Positions 30,162-39,902 of a DNA stretch of 64,000 nt are shown here, piece by piece. Where the stretch lies: assembly GCA_965223905.1 (NCBI GenBank), contig CBDCXV010000011.1, positions 1 through 64,000 on the forward strand, written 5' to 3'. Below the pieces are notes generated by a model. It was not told the origin of the DNA. It ran no database searches and was given only the letters and a program-made list of their open reading frames with translations. The position numbers and the translations under genes were made by a program. The stretch is from Candidatus Latescibacterota bacterium. Lineage in GTDB: Bacteria; Latescibacterota; UBA2968; UBA8231. Within the stretch, counting starts at the first letter, position 1, and the number at the start of each line of letters is the position of its first letter.

Positions 30162-31191
30162 GCAGTCGCGGCCCGGGTCGGAAGAGCGGCCGCGGACCCG
30201 GGTTCACGTCGCCGGCAACAGCGCCCTAGACGTGCTGGTGCGCACCCCGGCGGGGCTTCCCGCGGAAGCGGCCGACACCTGGGGGGCGAACACCCTGCTG
30301 CTCGACGATCCGATCGAGGTCACCCTCGGCGGCTGCGGCGCCGCCCCTGCCTGGGTGCTCGGGCGCCTCGGAAACAGCGTCAGCCTCAACACCAACATCG
30401 GCGGCGACGGTCCCGGCTCCCTGGCCGCGTCCTGGCTCACCGGGGCGGGGGTCAGCCTGGTTTCCGCGGATCCGCCCCCGCAGGCGACGGCGGTCCACGT
30501 CGTGCAGCTCGACGCCGCGGGCCGCAGGCGCTCCGCCTATTACCCGGGGGAGAAGGTCGAGTGGCTGCGTTCCGCGGGCGAAGCGCCGGACTGGCTGCTG
30601 GCGTCGGGATACGGAGGGGTCGAGGGCCGGGACGTCGACCCCCTGCAGGAGCTGTTCGCAGGCGCGAGAGCGCTCGGCGCCAAGGTGGTGTTCGATCCGA
30701 GTCCCTGGTTCGCGGGGAGGGTATCCCCAGAGCAGATGCTCGGCCTGTGGGAGCTGATCGACGGGCTGATCGCAACCGAAGAGGAGCTGGGCCACTGGCT
30801 GCAGGCCGGTTCCCCGGAGGCGCTGGCCGACGCGGCCTTGGAGGCCGGGCCGGAGTGGGTGGTCGTCAAGAGAGGGAGCCTCGGGGCCCTGTTCGCCGAC
30901 CGCGACGGTGAATCCGGCACGGTGCCGGCAGTTCCGGTAGCAGGGAGGAACTCGGTCGGGGCGGGGGACACCCTGAACGGCCGACTCGTTCACGGACTGA
31001 GCCGCGGCGAGAGCCTCGTCGAGGCGGTAGCGGCAGCGGTCGAGCTGGCGACGAACACGGTGCGCAACGGCCGCGGGGTCCTGGGGGCCTTCGACGGTCT
31101 GCAGGGTCGGGAGGAGGAGAGTTCCCGTTCGCAGCGAATACCGGTCAATCCACCGGGTCAGCGGGAGGAAGGAATTCAGAACACAGAATGA
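30154..31191 (+). CDS. PfkB-family carbohydrate kinase
   Basis: LGGCGA, VVFDPSP, VVKRGSLG, NSVGAGDTL. Confidence 0.85.
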   Translation: MAEQSRPGSEERPRTRVHVAGNSALDVLVRTPAGLPAEAADTWGANTLLLDDPIEVTLGGCGAAPAWVLGRLGNSVSLNTNIGGDGPGSLAASWLTGAGVSLVSADPPPQATAVHVVQLDAAGRRRSAYYPGEKVEWLRSAGEAPDWLLASGYGGVEGRDVDPLQELFAGARALGAKVVFDPSPWFAGRVSPEQMLGLWELIDGLIATEEELGHWLQAGSPEALADAALEAGPEWVVVKRGSLGALFADRDGESGTVPAVPVAGRNSVGAGDTLNGRLVHGLSRGESLVEAVAAAVELATNTVRNGRGVLGAFDGLQGREEESSRSQRIPVNPPGQREEGIQNTE

Positions 31192-31385
31192 CGCGCAGGG
31201 GACTTTCCTCCCAGGAGGCGGCGGGAGACTGCATCCAACAGGGATCAGCAGCAGCAATTGTCGCCAACCTCGACGAGGTGTACGGAGGTGAAGAGACGCC
31301 TGAGGAAATCGCTTTTCGCCGGGCTGCCCTGACCCACTTCCGGGATCTGGCGCAAGATGAGGAATGGTAGTCTCGCAGGAGGAGA
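31188..31385 (+). pseudogene. Degenerate mazE/ChpI-like antitoxin plus first codons of a MazF/PemK-like toxin
   Basis: IVANLDEVYGGE...DEEW* overlapped by ATG-GTA-GTC-TCG-CAG (MVVSQ), after which similarity stops. Confidence 0.45.
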
Positions 31386-31610
31386 ATCTCCGGGACGGGT
31401 CGGTCCGGGAGACTGCTCTCCAACTCAGGGCCCCCACGCCGAGGAACCTGGCTGCTGATGGATCAAGCGGAGATGATCCGGTTACTTGCCAGGCACGCCA
31501 CGCCGGGACTCGTACGGAAGACGCAGTACACCCGGTTGCGCGGTACCGACGGAGTCGGGGCGCTGTAATCAACCGGTCAATCGAACGAAAAAAGAACACA
31601 GGAGACGCAA

Positions 31611-33407
31611 ATGGCAGCTTTCACCACACGTCCGGTAGTGATGGGGAAGAGGGGTGTGGTCACCTCCGGTCATTACCTGGCCACGGCAGCGGGTTTCCGC
31701 ATCATGGAGCAGGGGGGGAACGCCATCGACGCGGCCGCGGCGATGTGCTTCTGCCTCAATCTGCTGGAGCCGCAGAGCAACGGCATCGGGGGCGAGGTGC
31801 CGACGCTGATCTACTCGGCGGAGGAGAAGCGGGTGTTCGAGCTCAGCGGCATGGGCTGGTCGCCGCAGGCGTTCACCATCGACTGGTGCCGGGAGCACGG
31901 CATCGACCTGGTGCCCGGGGACGGGTACCTGCCGGCCTGCGTGCCCGCGGTGGTCGGCTCCTGGGCGCTCGCCGTGGCCCGCTTCGGCAGGCTCGGGTTC
32001 GCGCAGATCCTCGAGCCGGCCATCGACCTGGCGGAGAACGGCTTCCCCGTGTACCCGGAGCTGGCCGCGTCGCTGCGCAACAACGCCGCCAAGTACCGCG
32101 ACCAGTACCCGACCACGGGCCGGGTCTACCTGCCCGGTGGGTCCCCGCCGGCAGCCGGTGAGCTGCTGCGCAACCCGGACTGGGCGGAGGTTCTCAAGAA
32201 GATGAGCCGCGCCGACCAAGAGGGGAGCGCCAAGAGCCGGGTGGCCGGCATCGAGGCCGCGGCAGACCTGTTCTACCGCGGCGAGATCGCCGAGACCGTC
32301 GTCTCCTTCATCGAGAATCCCATCGCCGACGCCAGCGGCAGCGAGCACGCCGGGCTCCTGACCCTCGACGACATGGCGGCCTGGGAGCCGCGCCTCGACG
32401 AGCCGGTCGGCGTCGACTACCGCGGCCTCGAGGTCCACAAGTGCTCCTCCTGGACGCAGGGGCCGGTCTTCCTGCAGCAGCTCACCCTGCTCGAGGGGTT
32501 CGACCTGGCCGGTATGGAGCACAACTCCGCCGACTACCTGCATCTGGTGATCGAGTGCTCGAAGCTCGCCTTCGCCGACCGCGAGGCCTGGTACGGCGAC
32601 CCGCTGCACGACGAGGTGCCGTTCGACACCCTGCTGTCGAAGGAGTACGCGGCGCAACGCCGGGAGCTGATCGGCGACGCCGCGTCCCTGGAGATGCGGC
32701 CGGGAGCGGCGGGCGGTGGGGTTCCGGAGTACGCACTCGGCGACGTGGCCGAGGACAACCGCCGCGCCCTCGAGGTGGCGGCGCGCGAAGTCAAGGACCT
32801 CGGGCTGGGCCACGCCCACCTCGGGGACACCACCCACCTCGACGCCGTCGACGCCGAGGGGAACATGGTGGCGGCGACCCCGAGCGGCGGCTGGCTGGGG
32901 ACCTCGCCGGTGATCGAGGGACTGGGATTTCCGCTGGGAACGCGCGGCCAGATGTTCTACCTCAACCCGGAGCGACCCAACGCTTTGGCGCCCCGCAAGC
33001 GGCCGCGCGCGACCCTGACCCCGACCCTGGTGATGCGGGACGGCGACCCCCTGATGGTCTTCGGAACCCCGGGCGGCGACTCGCAGGACCAGTGGACCCT
33101 GCAGTTCTTCCTCAACCACGTCGACTTCGGGATGAACCTGCAGGAGGCCCTCGACGCCCCGAGCGTGCACTCCCTGCATTTCCCCTCCTCCTTCTACCCG
33201 CGCGCCGGGTTTCCCGGGGAGGTGGCCGCGGAGGAGAGGATTCCGGCTGAGGTGCTGGAGGAGCTGGAGCGGCGCGGGCACCGCGTGTCGCCGCGTCCGG
33301 GCTGGTCGAACGGCAAGGTGCTGGCGATCCGCCGCGACGGGGAATCCGGGGTGATTTCAGGGGCGGCTTCGGCCAAGGGTAGCATCGGTTACGCCATCGG
33401 GTGGTAG
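31611..33407 (+). CDS. ggt: Gamma-glutamyltransferase family protein
   Basis: GGNAIDAA, EPQSNGIGG, LAFADRE, GDTTHL (catalytic Thr), GTPGGDSQDQ. Confidence 0.93.
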   Translation: MAAFTTRPVVMGKRGVVTSGHYLATAAGFRIMEQGGNAIDAAAAMCFCLNLLEPQSNGIGGEVPTLIYSAEEKRVFELSGMGWSPQAFTIDWCREHGIDLVPGDGYLPACVPAVVGSWALAVARFGRLGFAQILEPAIDLAENGFPVYPELAASLRNNAAKYRDQYPTTGRVYLPGGSPPAAGELLRNPDWAEVLKKMSRADQEGSAKSRVAGIEAAADLFYRGEIAETVVSFIENPIADASGSEHAGLLTLDDMAAWEPRLDEPVGVDYRGLEVHKCSSWTQGPVFLQQLTLLEGFDLAGMEHNSADYLHLVIECSKLAFADREAWYGDPLHDEVPFDTLLSKEYAAQRRELIGDAASLEMRPGAAGGGVPEYALGDVAEDNRRALEVAAREVKDLGLGHAHLGDTTHLDAVDAEGNMVAATPSGGWLGTSPVIEGLGFPLGTRGQMFYLNPERPNALAPRKRPRATLTPTLVMRDGDPLMVFGTPGGDSQDQWTLQFFLNHVDFGMNLQEALDAPSVHSLHFPSSFYPRAGFPGEVAAEERIPAEVLEELERRGHRVSPRPGWSNGKVLAIRRDGESGVISGAASAKGSIGYAIGW

Positions 33408-33593
33408 GTTGGGCATCGATGGTTCGGGCAGCCCCAGGTTTGCATTGACAATGAAATGGTCGAATTGCGGTTTTATTTCGGAACCTTTTCGGGTTCTTTG
33501 TGGAATTAGGTTACAGTTTATCCAGAAGCGAATTGATTTGTACTTAGTTGCAGTATTCTCCAATTCCAAATTGGTGAATAGGAGGTGACTCCA

Positions 33594-33653
33594 ATGGACG
33601 TTGGCGGCACTTATTTTTTCTTGGATCGTTGTCCAAATAAATACGAGGATTGA
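33594..33653 (+). CDS. Putative 19-aa leader ORF (MDVGGTYFFLDRCPNKYED)
   Basis: Strong SD AGGAGGTGA at 33580-33588; stop ends 2 nt before the CapRel-like ATG. Confidence 0.35.
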   Translation: MDVGGTYFFLDRCPNKYED

Positions 33654-33655
33654 CT

Positions 33656-34708
33656 ATGGCCTGGCCTATACCATCCGACTCGAAGACCCAGATTAATAGG
33701 GCTGGAAGGATCCTCATTGAGGACTCTATCGATTTGGATCAATCCCATTGGGCGTTTGAGGTAGTGAACCACTGGCGATCCTGCCACGGTTATCCCATAA
33801 ATACCTTCCAGGCTACATTACGCAATAAGCTGAGATCTATCGACCGTAACGCCTTGGTGGCCCAGCGGCTCAAGCGAATGCCTTCTATCACCGAGAAACT
33901 TCGTCGCTTGGAGGGCATGCAGCTGGCGCGAATGCAGGACGTAGGGGGAATAAGAGCGGTGGTTTCTACCTTAAAAAGAGTACGTTTGTTAGAGGAAAAT
34001 TATAGAAGTAGTCGATTTCAACATGAGCTTGTGACCTCCCGTGACTATATTTCTGATCCCAAGGTTTCTGGATACAGAAGTGTCCACCTTATATATCGGT
34101 ATAAAAACCAACGCGCTCCAGAATACGACGGCCTTCTCCTTGAGCTTCAGATTCGGACAAAGTTGCAGCATGCCTGGGCGACAGCCGTTGAAACTATGGG
34201 AACTTTTCTTAAACACGCCTTGAAATCGAGTGAAGGTCCAAAGCCATGGCTCGATTTTTTTTCTTTAGTCGGATCGGCATTTGCTCACTTGGAGAAAACC
34301 CCTGCCATCCCGAAATACCAAGGATTGTCTAGGGAAGAGACATTTGCCTTGGTAGTAGAAACCGCCCGCCAGCTGGGTGTACGAGACAGTTTACTCGCTT
34401 ATACCGTCGCAGCAAAGCGTGTTCAAACCAATATGAAAACAGGGGGGTATCACCTTATTGTTCTTGATCCGACAGAAAAAAAGGTTTCGATATATAGCTA
34501 TAAAAAAGAAGACCTTGGGACTGCAAGCAGACATTATGGGCAAATTGAACACAGAATTGCGGACGGTGAATTGATACAGGCCGTGTTGGTTTCCGCTGGT
34601 CCGATTGAACAATTACGTAGGGCGTATCCCAATTACTTCTTAGATACTCGGGAATTCCTCAAGCAACTATACCGGATCGGGAAACATGTAAGAACCGGAG
34701 TGGGCTAA
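33656..34708 (+). CDS. capRel: CapRel-like fused toxSAS (RelA/SpoT synthetase domain plus C-terminal antitoxin domain)
   Basis: AQRLKRMPSI, MQDVGGIRAV, DYISDPKVSGYRSVHL, ELQIRTKLQHAWATAVE and C-terminal AYPNYF (YxxY). Markedly AT-richer than flanks. Confidence 0.85.
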   Translation: MAWPIPSDSKTQINRAGRILIEDSIDLDQSHWAFEVVNHWRSCHGYPINTFQATLRNKLRSIDRNALVAQRLKRMPSITEKLRRLEGMQLARMQDVGGIRAVVSTLKRVRLLEENYRSSRFQHELVTSRDYISDPKVSGYRSVHLIYRYKNQRAPEYDGLLLELQIRTKLQHAWATAVETMGTFLKHALKSSEGPKPWLDFFSLVGSAFAHLEKTPAIPKYQGLSREETFALVVETARQLGVRDSLLAYTVAAKRVQTNMKTGGYHLIVLDPTEKKVSIYSYKKEDLGTASRHYGQIEHRIADGELIQAVLVSAGPIEQLRRAYPNYFLDTREFLKQLYRIGKHVRTGVG

Positions 34709-34727
34709 GCAATATAGGAAAAATAAA

Positions 34728-36659
34728 ATGAAAATCACCGACAGACACGGAAACCTGCTGGAGCACGAGGGAGGGGGCTCCCTGAAGGAGGTCCTCCTCT
34801 CTCTCGACAAGAAGATTCTGCGCGAATACATCGGGGCCCGCGCCGGCGGCGAGCGGATCGACTTCCACACCGAGCTCCCCGATGACGCCGAGGTCGAGCT
34901 GATTCCCTGGGATTCCGAGGAAGCGGCCTGGATCTACCGCCACAGCGTCGCCCACGTGATGGCGCAGGCGGTCCTCCGGCTCTTTCCCGGAGTGCGGCTG
35001 GCCATCGGCCCGGCGATCGCCGACGGCTTCTACTACGACTTCGACTGCGAGGCCTCCTTCACCCCTGACGACCTCGGGCGCATCGAGAAGGAGATGAAGC
35101 GGATCGTCAAGCAGAACCACCGGTTCGAGCGCTTCACCCTGCCGCCGGAGGAGGCGGTCGCCTTCGTCGAGGAGGATCCCTACAAGCTCGAGATCATCGC
35201 CGACCTCGAGCCGGGGGAGACCCTGTCGTTCTACCGCGACGGCGACTTCACCGATCTCTGCCGCGGGCCGCACATGCTCAGCACCGGGCAGGTCAGGCAC
35301 TTCAAGCTGCTGTCGCTGGCCGGCGCCTACTGGCGCGGCGACGAGAACAACAAGATGCTGCAGCGGATCTACGGCACCGCGTTCGCCACCCGCGAGGCCC
35401 TCGACGGGCACCTGACCATGCTGGAGGAGGCGAAGAAGCGGGACCACCGCCGCCTCGGGCAGGACCTCGAGCTGTTCTTCTTCGACGACGAGGTCGGCCC
35501 CGGCCTGCCGCTGTGGCAGCCGAAGGGGACGGTCCTGATCGAGGAGCTGGAACGGCTGGCCAAGGAGACGGAGCGCGAGGCCGGGTACCTGCAGGTGCGC
35601 ACCCCCCACATCTGCAAGGATTCGATGTTCGTGCGCAGCGGCCACCTGCCCTACTACGCCGAGTCGATGTTCCCGCCGATGGAGCTGGAGGGGGTGAACT
35701 ACTACCTCAAGCCGATGAACTGCCCCCACCACCACAAGGTGTACGGGTCGGTCCCGCGCAGCTACCGTGACCTGCCGCTGCGGCTCGCCGAGTACGGGAC
35801 CTGCTACCGCTACGAGCAGTCCGGGGAGCTGTTCGGGCTGATGCGGGTGCGCTCGATGCAGATGAACGACGCCCACATCTACTGCACCCTCGGCCAGTTC
35901 GAGGAGGAGTTCCTCGCCGTCTGCCGCATGTACCTCGGCTACTTCGAGCTGTTCGGCATCGACAAGTACGTGATGCGCTTCAGCACCCACGAACCGCAGG
36001 ACCTCGGAAAGAAGTACGTCGACGAGCCGGAGCTCTGGCTCGAGACCGAGGAGCGGGTGCGCCGCGCCCTCGCCAACGGCGGCATCAACCACGTCGAGGT
36101 CGCCGGGGATGCGGCCTTCTACGGCCCCAAGATCGACGTCGAGGTCTGGAGCGCCATCGGCCGCGAGTTCTCGATCGCCACCAACCAGGTCGATTTCGCG
36201 GTGCCGGCCCGCTACGGGCTCGTCTACACCAGTGCCGAGGGGGGCCAGGAGACGCCGATCTGCATTCACCGCGCCCCGCTGGGGACCCACGAGCGCACCA
36301 TCGGCTTCCTCATCGAGCATTACGCCGGGGCCTTCCCGCCCTGGCTCGCCCCGGTGCAGGCGGTGGTGCTGCCGATCGGGGAAGGCCACGCCGCGTACGC
36401 CGCGGGAGTGGGGGCCGCCCTGGCCGCGGCCGGAGTGCGCGCCGAAGTCGAGGGGGACAACACCCTCGGTTACCGCATCCGCGCGGCGCAGACGCAGAAG
36501 GTCCCCTACATGCTGATCGCCGGGGACCGCGAGGTCGAGAACGGGGAAGTGTCGATCCGCCTGCGCTCCGGCGAGCAGCTCGACTCGATGGCGGTTGCCG
36601 AGGCGGTAGCGCTGATCGGCGGGCGCATCGCCTCGAGAGCCGAGGAACTGGCCGGGTAA
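34728..36659 (+). CDS. thrS: Threonine--tRNA ligase
   Basis: RHSVAHVMAQAV, DLCRGPH, LQRIYGT, KPMNCPHH, YRYEQSGEL, AAFYGPKID. Confidence 0.98.
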   Translation: MKITDRHGNLLEHEGGGSLKEVLLSLDKKILREYIGARAGGERIDFHTELPDDAEVELIPWDSEEAAWIYRHSVAHVMAQAVLRLFPGVRLAIGPAIADGFYYDFDCEASFTPDDLGRIEKEMKRIVKQNHRFERFTLPPEEAVAFVEEDPYKLEIIADLEPGETLSFYRDGDFTDLCRGPHMLSTGQVRHFKLLSLAGAYWRGDENNKMLQRIYGTAFATREALDGHLTMLEEAKKRDHRRLGQDLELFFFDDEVGPGLPLWQPKGTVLIEELERLAKETEREAGYLQVRTPHICKDSMFVRSGHLPYYAESMFPPMELEGVNYYLKPMNCPHHHKVYGSVPRSYRDLPLRLAEYGTCYRYEQSGELFGLMRVRSMQMNDAHIYCTLGQFEEEFLAVCRMYLGYFELFGIDKYVMRFSTHEPQDLGKKYVDEPELWLETEERVRRALANGGINHVEVAGDAAFYGPKIDVEVWSAIGREFSIATNQVDFAVPARYGLVYTSAEGGQETPICIHRAPLGTHERTIGFLIEHYAGAFPPWLAPVQAVVLPIGEGHAAYAAGVGAALAAAGVRAEVEGDNTLGYRIRAAQTQKVPYMLIAGDREVENGEVSIRLRSGEQLDSMAVAEAVALIGGRIASRAEELAG

Positions 36660-36751
36660 GGGACCGGTACGGGTCTTGTCGGCATGACTCTCGCGAAATT
36701 CCAGGGAAGGCCGGGTAAAGACTGGGCAGCCGCCGGGGAGGCCTTCAGGCC

Positions 36752-37447
36752 GTGCCGGTGAAGAAGAGGATCTCGCGCGCCGCCGGGGTCTTCTGGCGCT
36801 TCCGCTACCACCTGGTTTCGACCCTGGTGGTGCTCGTCTTCTGGGACACCCTCCTGATCAAGCCCTTCCGCGTCTTCGTGGTGATGGTGCACGAGGTCTG
36901 CCACGCCGGCGCCGCCCTGCTGACCGACGGCGAGGTCGTCGAGATCCGCACCGCCTGGGAGGAGTCGGGCCACACCCTTACCCGGGGCGGCATCTTCCCC
37001 GTCATCAGCTCGGCCGGGTACGTCGGCTCCGCCCTGCTCGGAGCGCTGCTGATCTACGCCGGCTGCTTCCCGCAGGTGCAGAGGCTGGGCCTGCTCTTCA
37101 TCGGCGCCGCCACCATGGGGATGACGATCTGGTACACCCCGGCCGGAGCCGGCGACTTCTACTTCGGGATCTTCGGCGGCCTGGTGTTCGTCCTCCTGGC
37201 GATCAAGAGCCAGCGCGCCGGGACCGCGGGCGCCGTCTGGCTCGGGGTGATGCTCTGCATCTACAGCCTCCACGACTTCCGCACCGACCTGTGGATGTAC
37301 CCCGAGCAGACCGACGCCGGCATACTCGCCGCCTACTGGGGGGCGCCGCCGCTGGCCTACCCCATCGCCTTTACCTGGGTCGCCGTATCCGTGTACGCGA
37401 TGTACAAGTCGCTGCTGGCCCTGGTCCGCAAGGAAAGGAAGAACTGA
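36752..37447 (+). CDS. Peptidase M50B-like membrane metalloprotease
   Basis: VMVHEVCH, ISSAGY, multiple TM segments, TDAGILA. Confidence 0.8.
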   Translation: MPVKKRISRAAGVFWRFRYHLVSTLVVLVFWDTLLIKPFRVFVVMVHEVCHAGAALLTDGEVVEIRTAWEESGHTLTRGGIFPVISSAGYVGSALLGALLIYAGCFPQVQRLGLLFIGAATMGMTIWYTPAGAGDFYFGIFGGLVFVLLAIKSQRAGTAGAVWLGVMLCIYSLHDFRTDLWMYPEQTDAGILAAYWGAPPLAYPIAFTWVAVSVYAMYKSLLALVRKERKN

Positions 37448-37449
37448 CG

Positions 37450-39225
37450 ATGAGAAAGAGCACCCTGTTCAGCCAGACGCTGCGCGAGGCCCCGGCAGAC
37501 GCCGAGGTCGCCAGCCACGTGCTGCTGCTGCGGGCCGGCTACATCCGCCAGCTGGCGAGCGGGATCTTCAGCTACCTGCCGCTGGCGCGCCGCGCCTTCG
37601 ACAAGATCGAGGCGATCATCCGCGAGGAGATCGACGCCATCGGCGGCCAGGAGATCACCATGCCGGTCGTGCACCCGGCCGACATCTGGAAGGAGACCGG
37701 CCGCTGGTACGACATCGACGCGGAGATGGGCCGCTTCAGCGACCGCTCGGACCGGGACATGGTCCTCGCCATGACCCACGAGGAGGTGGTCGCCGACCTC
37801 GTGCGCCGGGAGATCAAGTCGTACCGGCAGCTGCCGCAGCTCCTCTACCACCTGCAGACGAAGTGGCGCGACGACCCGCGGCCGCGCTCCGGGCTGCTGC
37901 GGGTGCGCGAGTTCACCATGAAGGACAGCTACTCCCTCGACGCCGACGAGGCCGGGCTGGAGAAGCAGTACCGCGACCATTTCCAGGCCTACTTCAACAT
38001 CTTCAACCGCTGCGGCATCCCGACCATCGCCGTCAAGGCCGACGTCGGCATGATGGGGGGCAAGCTCTCCCACGAGTACATCTACCTCACCGGGGTCGGC
38101 GAGGACAGCATCGTCCACTGCCCCGGGTGCGGGTACTCCGCCAACGGCCAGGTCGCCCAGTTCGCCAAGGCCGCGCCGGAGCCGGAGGAGGCGCAGCCGG
38201 TCGAGCGGGTGGCGACGCCGGACACCCCGACCATCGAGGCCCTCGCCCGGCTCCTCGAGATCCCCGAAAACCGGACGGCCAAGGCCCTGTTCGTGATGGG
38301 CAGGTTCCGGGGCGAATCGGAGGAGGAGCAGGAGGAGCGGCTGATCCTGGCGGTGATCCGCGGCGACATGGAGGTCAACGAGACCAAGCTCGCCAATGCC
38401 GCCGGGGCCCTGTCCCTGCGCCCGGCCCACGACGAGGAGATCCTGGCGAGCGGCGCCGTGCCGGGGTACGCGTCGCCGATGGGGGTCGCAAACGCCCTGG
38501 TGGTCGCCGACGACTCGATCCCCGGAGCGGCCAATCTCGTGTCCGGGGCCAACGAGGAGGGGTACCACCTGCGCAACGTCAACTACGGCCGCGACTGGGA
38601 GGCCGCAGTGGTCGCCGACATCGCCGCGGTGGGGGAGGGGGCGGCCTGCCGGGAGTGCGGCGGCCTCCTGCAGGTGAGCCGGGGCGTCGAGGTCGGCAAC
38701 ATCTTTCAGCTCGGCACCCGCTATTCCGAGGCGATGAACTGCTTCTTCCTCGACGCCGAAGGCAACCAGCGGCCGGTGATCATGGGCTCCTACGGCATTG
38801 GCGTCGGGCGCCTGCTGGCCTGCGTCGCCCAGGAGCATCACGACGACAACGGGCTGGCCCTGCCGGTATCGATCGCCCCCTACCAGGTCCACCTCGTCTC
38901 ACTGGCCAAGACCCCGGGGGCAGTGCGGGAAGCGTCCGAGGCGCTCTACGACGGCCTCCGGGAGGCGGGCGTCGAGGTGCTCTACGACGACCGCGGGGAA
39001 AACCCGGGGGTGAAGTTCAACGACGCCGACCTGATCGGACTGCCGATCCGCATAACCATAGGGGACCGGTCGCTGAAGAAGGGACAGGTCGAGATCAAGC
39101 TGCGGCGCCAGGAGAAGGCCGCGGAGGTCCCGGTAGAGAGCGCCGTCGAGCACGTGGTCGAGCGGGTCCGCGAGCTGCGGGCGGAGCTGGAAGCCCGCGT
39201 CGTCGAGGTCCCCTACACCGACTGA
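37450..39225 (+). CDS. proS: Proline--tRNA ligase (bacterial type with editing insertion)
   Basis: SHVLLLRAGYI, THEE, RDDPRPRSGLLRVREFTMKDSYS, EVGNIFQLG, MGSYGIG. Confidence 0.98.
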   Translation: MRKSTLFSQTLREAPADAEVASHVLLLRAGYIRQLASGIFSYLPLARRAFDKIEAIIREEIDAIGGQEITMPVVHPADIWKETGRWYDIDAEMGRFSDRSDRDMVLAMTHEEVVADLVRREIKSYRQLPQLLYHLQTKWRDDPRPRSGLLRVREFTMKDSYSLDADEAGLEKQYRDHFQAYFNIFNRCGIPTIAVKADVGMMGGKLSHEYIYLTGVGEDSIVHCPGCGYSANGQVAQFAKAAPEPEEAQPVERVATPDTPTIEALARLLEIPENRTAKALFVMGRFRGESEEEQEERLILAVIRGDMEVNETKLANAAGALSLRPAHDEEILASGAVPGYASPMGVANALVVADDSIPGAANLVSGANEEGYHLRNVNYGRDWEAAVVADIAAVGEGAACRECGGLLQVSRGVEVGNIFQLGTRYSEAMNCFFLDAEGNQRPVIMGSYGIGVGRLLACVAQEHHDDNGLALPVSIAPYQVHLVSLAKTPGAVREASEALYDGLREAGVEVLYDDRGENPGVKFNDADLIGLPIRITIGDRSLKKGQVEIKLRRQEKAAEVPVESAVEHVVERVRELRAELEARVVEVPYTD

Positions 39226-39251
39226 AACGCAAGGGAAAGGAAGGAAAAGCC

Positions 39252-39902
39252 ATGCCGGTTTTTCGCGCAGGCAGCGGCCAGGCCCCGGCCTGGTGCGAGC
39301 TGCATCGATTCGACATCGTCGACCTGCCCGCCGGCGCCGGCAGGTACGACTTCGACCGCGCCGGCCCCAGGGAGAAGCTGATCGTCGGGGAGGGCGCCTG
39401 CACGGTCGCGGTTGGGGGCAGGGAGCAGGCCGCCGAAAAGGGAGCCAACATCGACCTGCCCGAAGGGGAAGGGGAACCGGGCTTCAGCATCCTCGAGGTC
39501 GCCGTGGATTCCACCCTGATCCGCATGGCCGGCGACTGGGGGGACGAGGTCGGCGGCTCCGGGCTGTTCTCGGTAGCCGAGGCGGCCGAGAGCGACCGCG
39601 CCGACCGGGGCGATCCTGTGGCATACGAGAAGCGGACCGGCTTCGACTGCCACTTCCACGACTGCGACGAGTACTGGATCCTGTTCGCCGGCAGCGGTGT
39701 GGTGGTGTCGGAAGGGAAGAGGTACGAGGTTTCGGCAGGGGACTGCGTGGCAACCGGGATGGGGCAGCACCACGACTTCCCGCTCGTTCACGAGCCGGTG
39801 CGGGCGGTCTATTTCGAGACCACCATGGAAGGGGAGAAGCGCCGCGGCCACCTCTGGGACCACATCCACGGGAAGGCGCAGCCGCGGGCGGAGCGGGTCT
39901 GA
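39252..39902 (+). CDS. Cupin-domain protein
   Basis: CHFHDCDEYW and HHDF metal-binding cupin motifs. Confidence 0.85.
   Translation: MPVFRAGSGQAPAWCELHRFDIVDLPAGAGRYDFDRAGPREKLIVGEGACTVAVGGREQAAEKGANIDLPEGEGEPGFSILEVAVDSTLIRMAGDWGDEVGGSGLFSVAEAAESDRADRGDPVAYEKRTGFDCHFHDCDEYWILFAGSGVVVSEGKRYEVSAGDCVATGMGQHHDFPLVHEPVRAVYFETTMEGEKRRGHLWDHIHGKAQPRAERV

Noticed and set aside
26915-31191. Ldh_2 plus TPP enzyme as a sulfolactate/sulfoacetaldehyde pathway
   Set aside because: The TPP enzyme has generic ALS-like motifs; nothing in the sequence specifies sulfonate substrates.
34709-34727. T-box or thrS translational operator upstream of thrS
   Set aside because: Only 19 nt separate thrS from the upstream gene; no such leader is visible.
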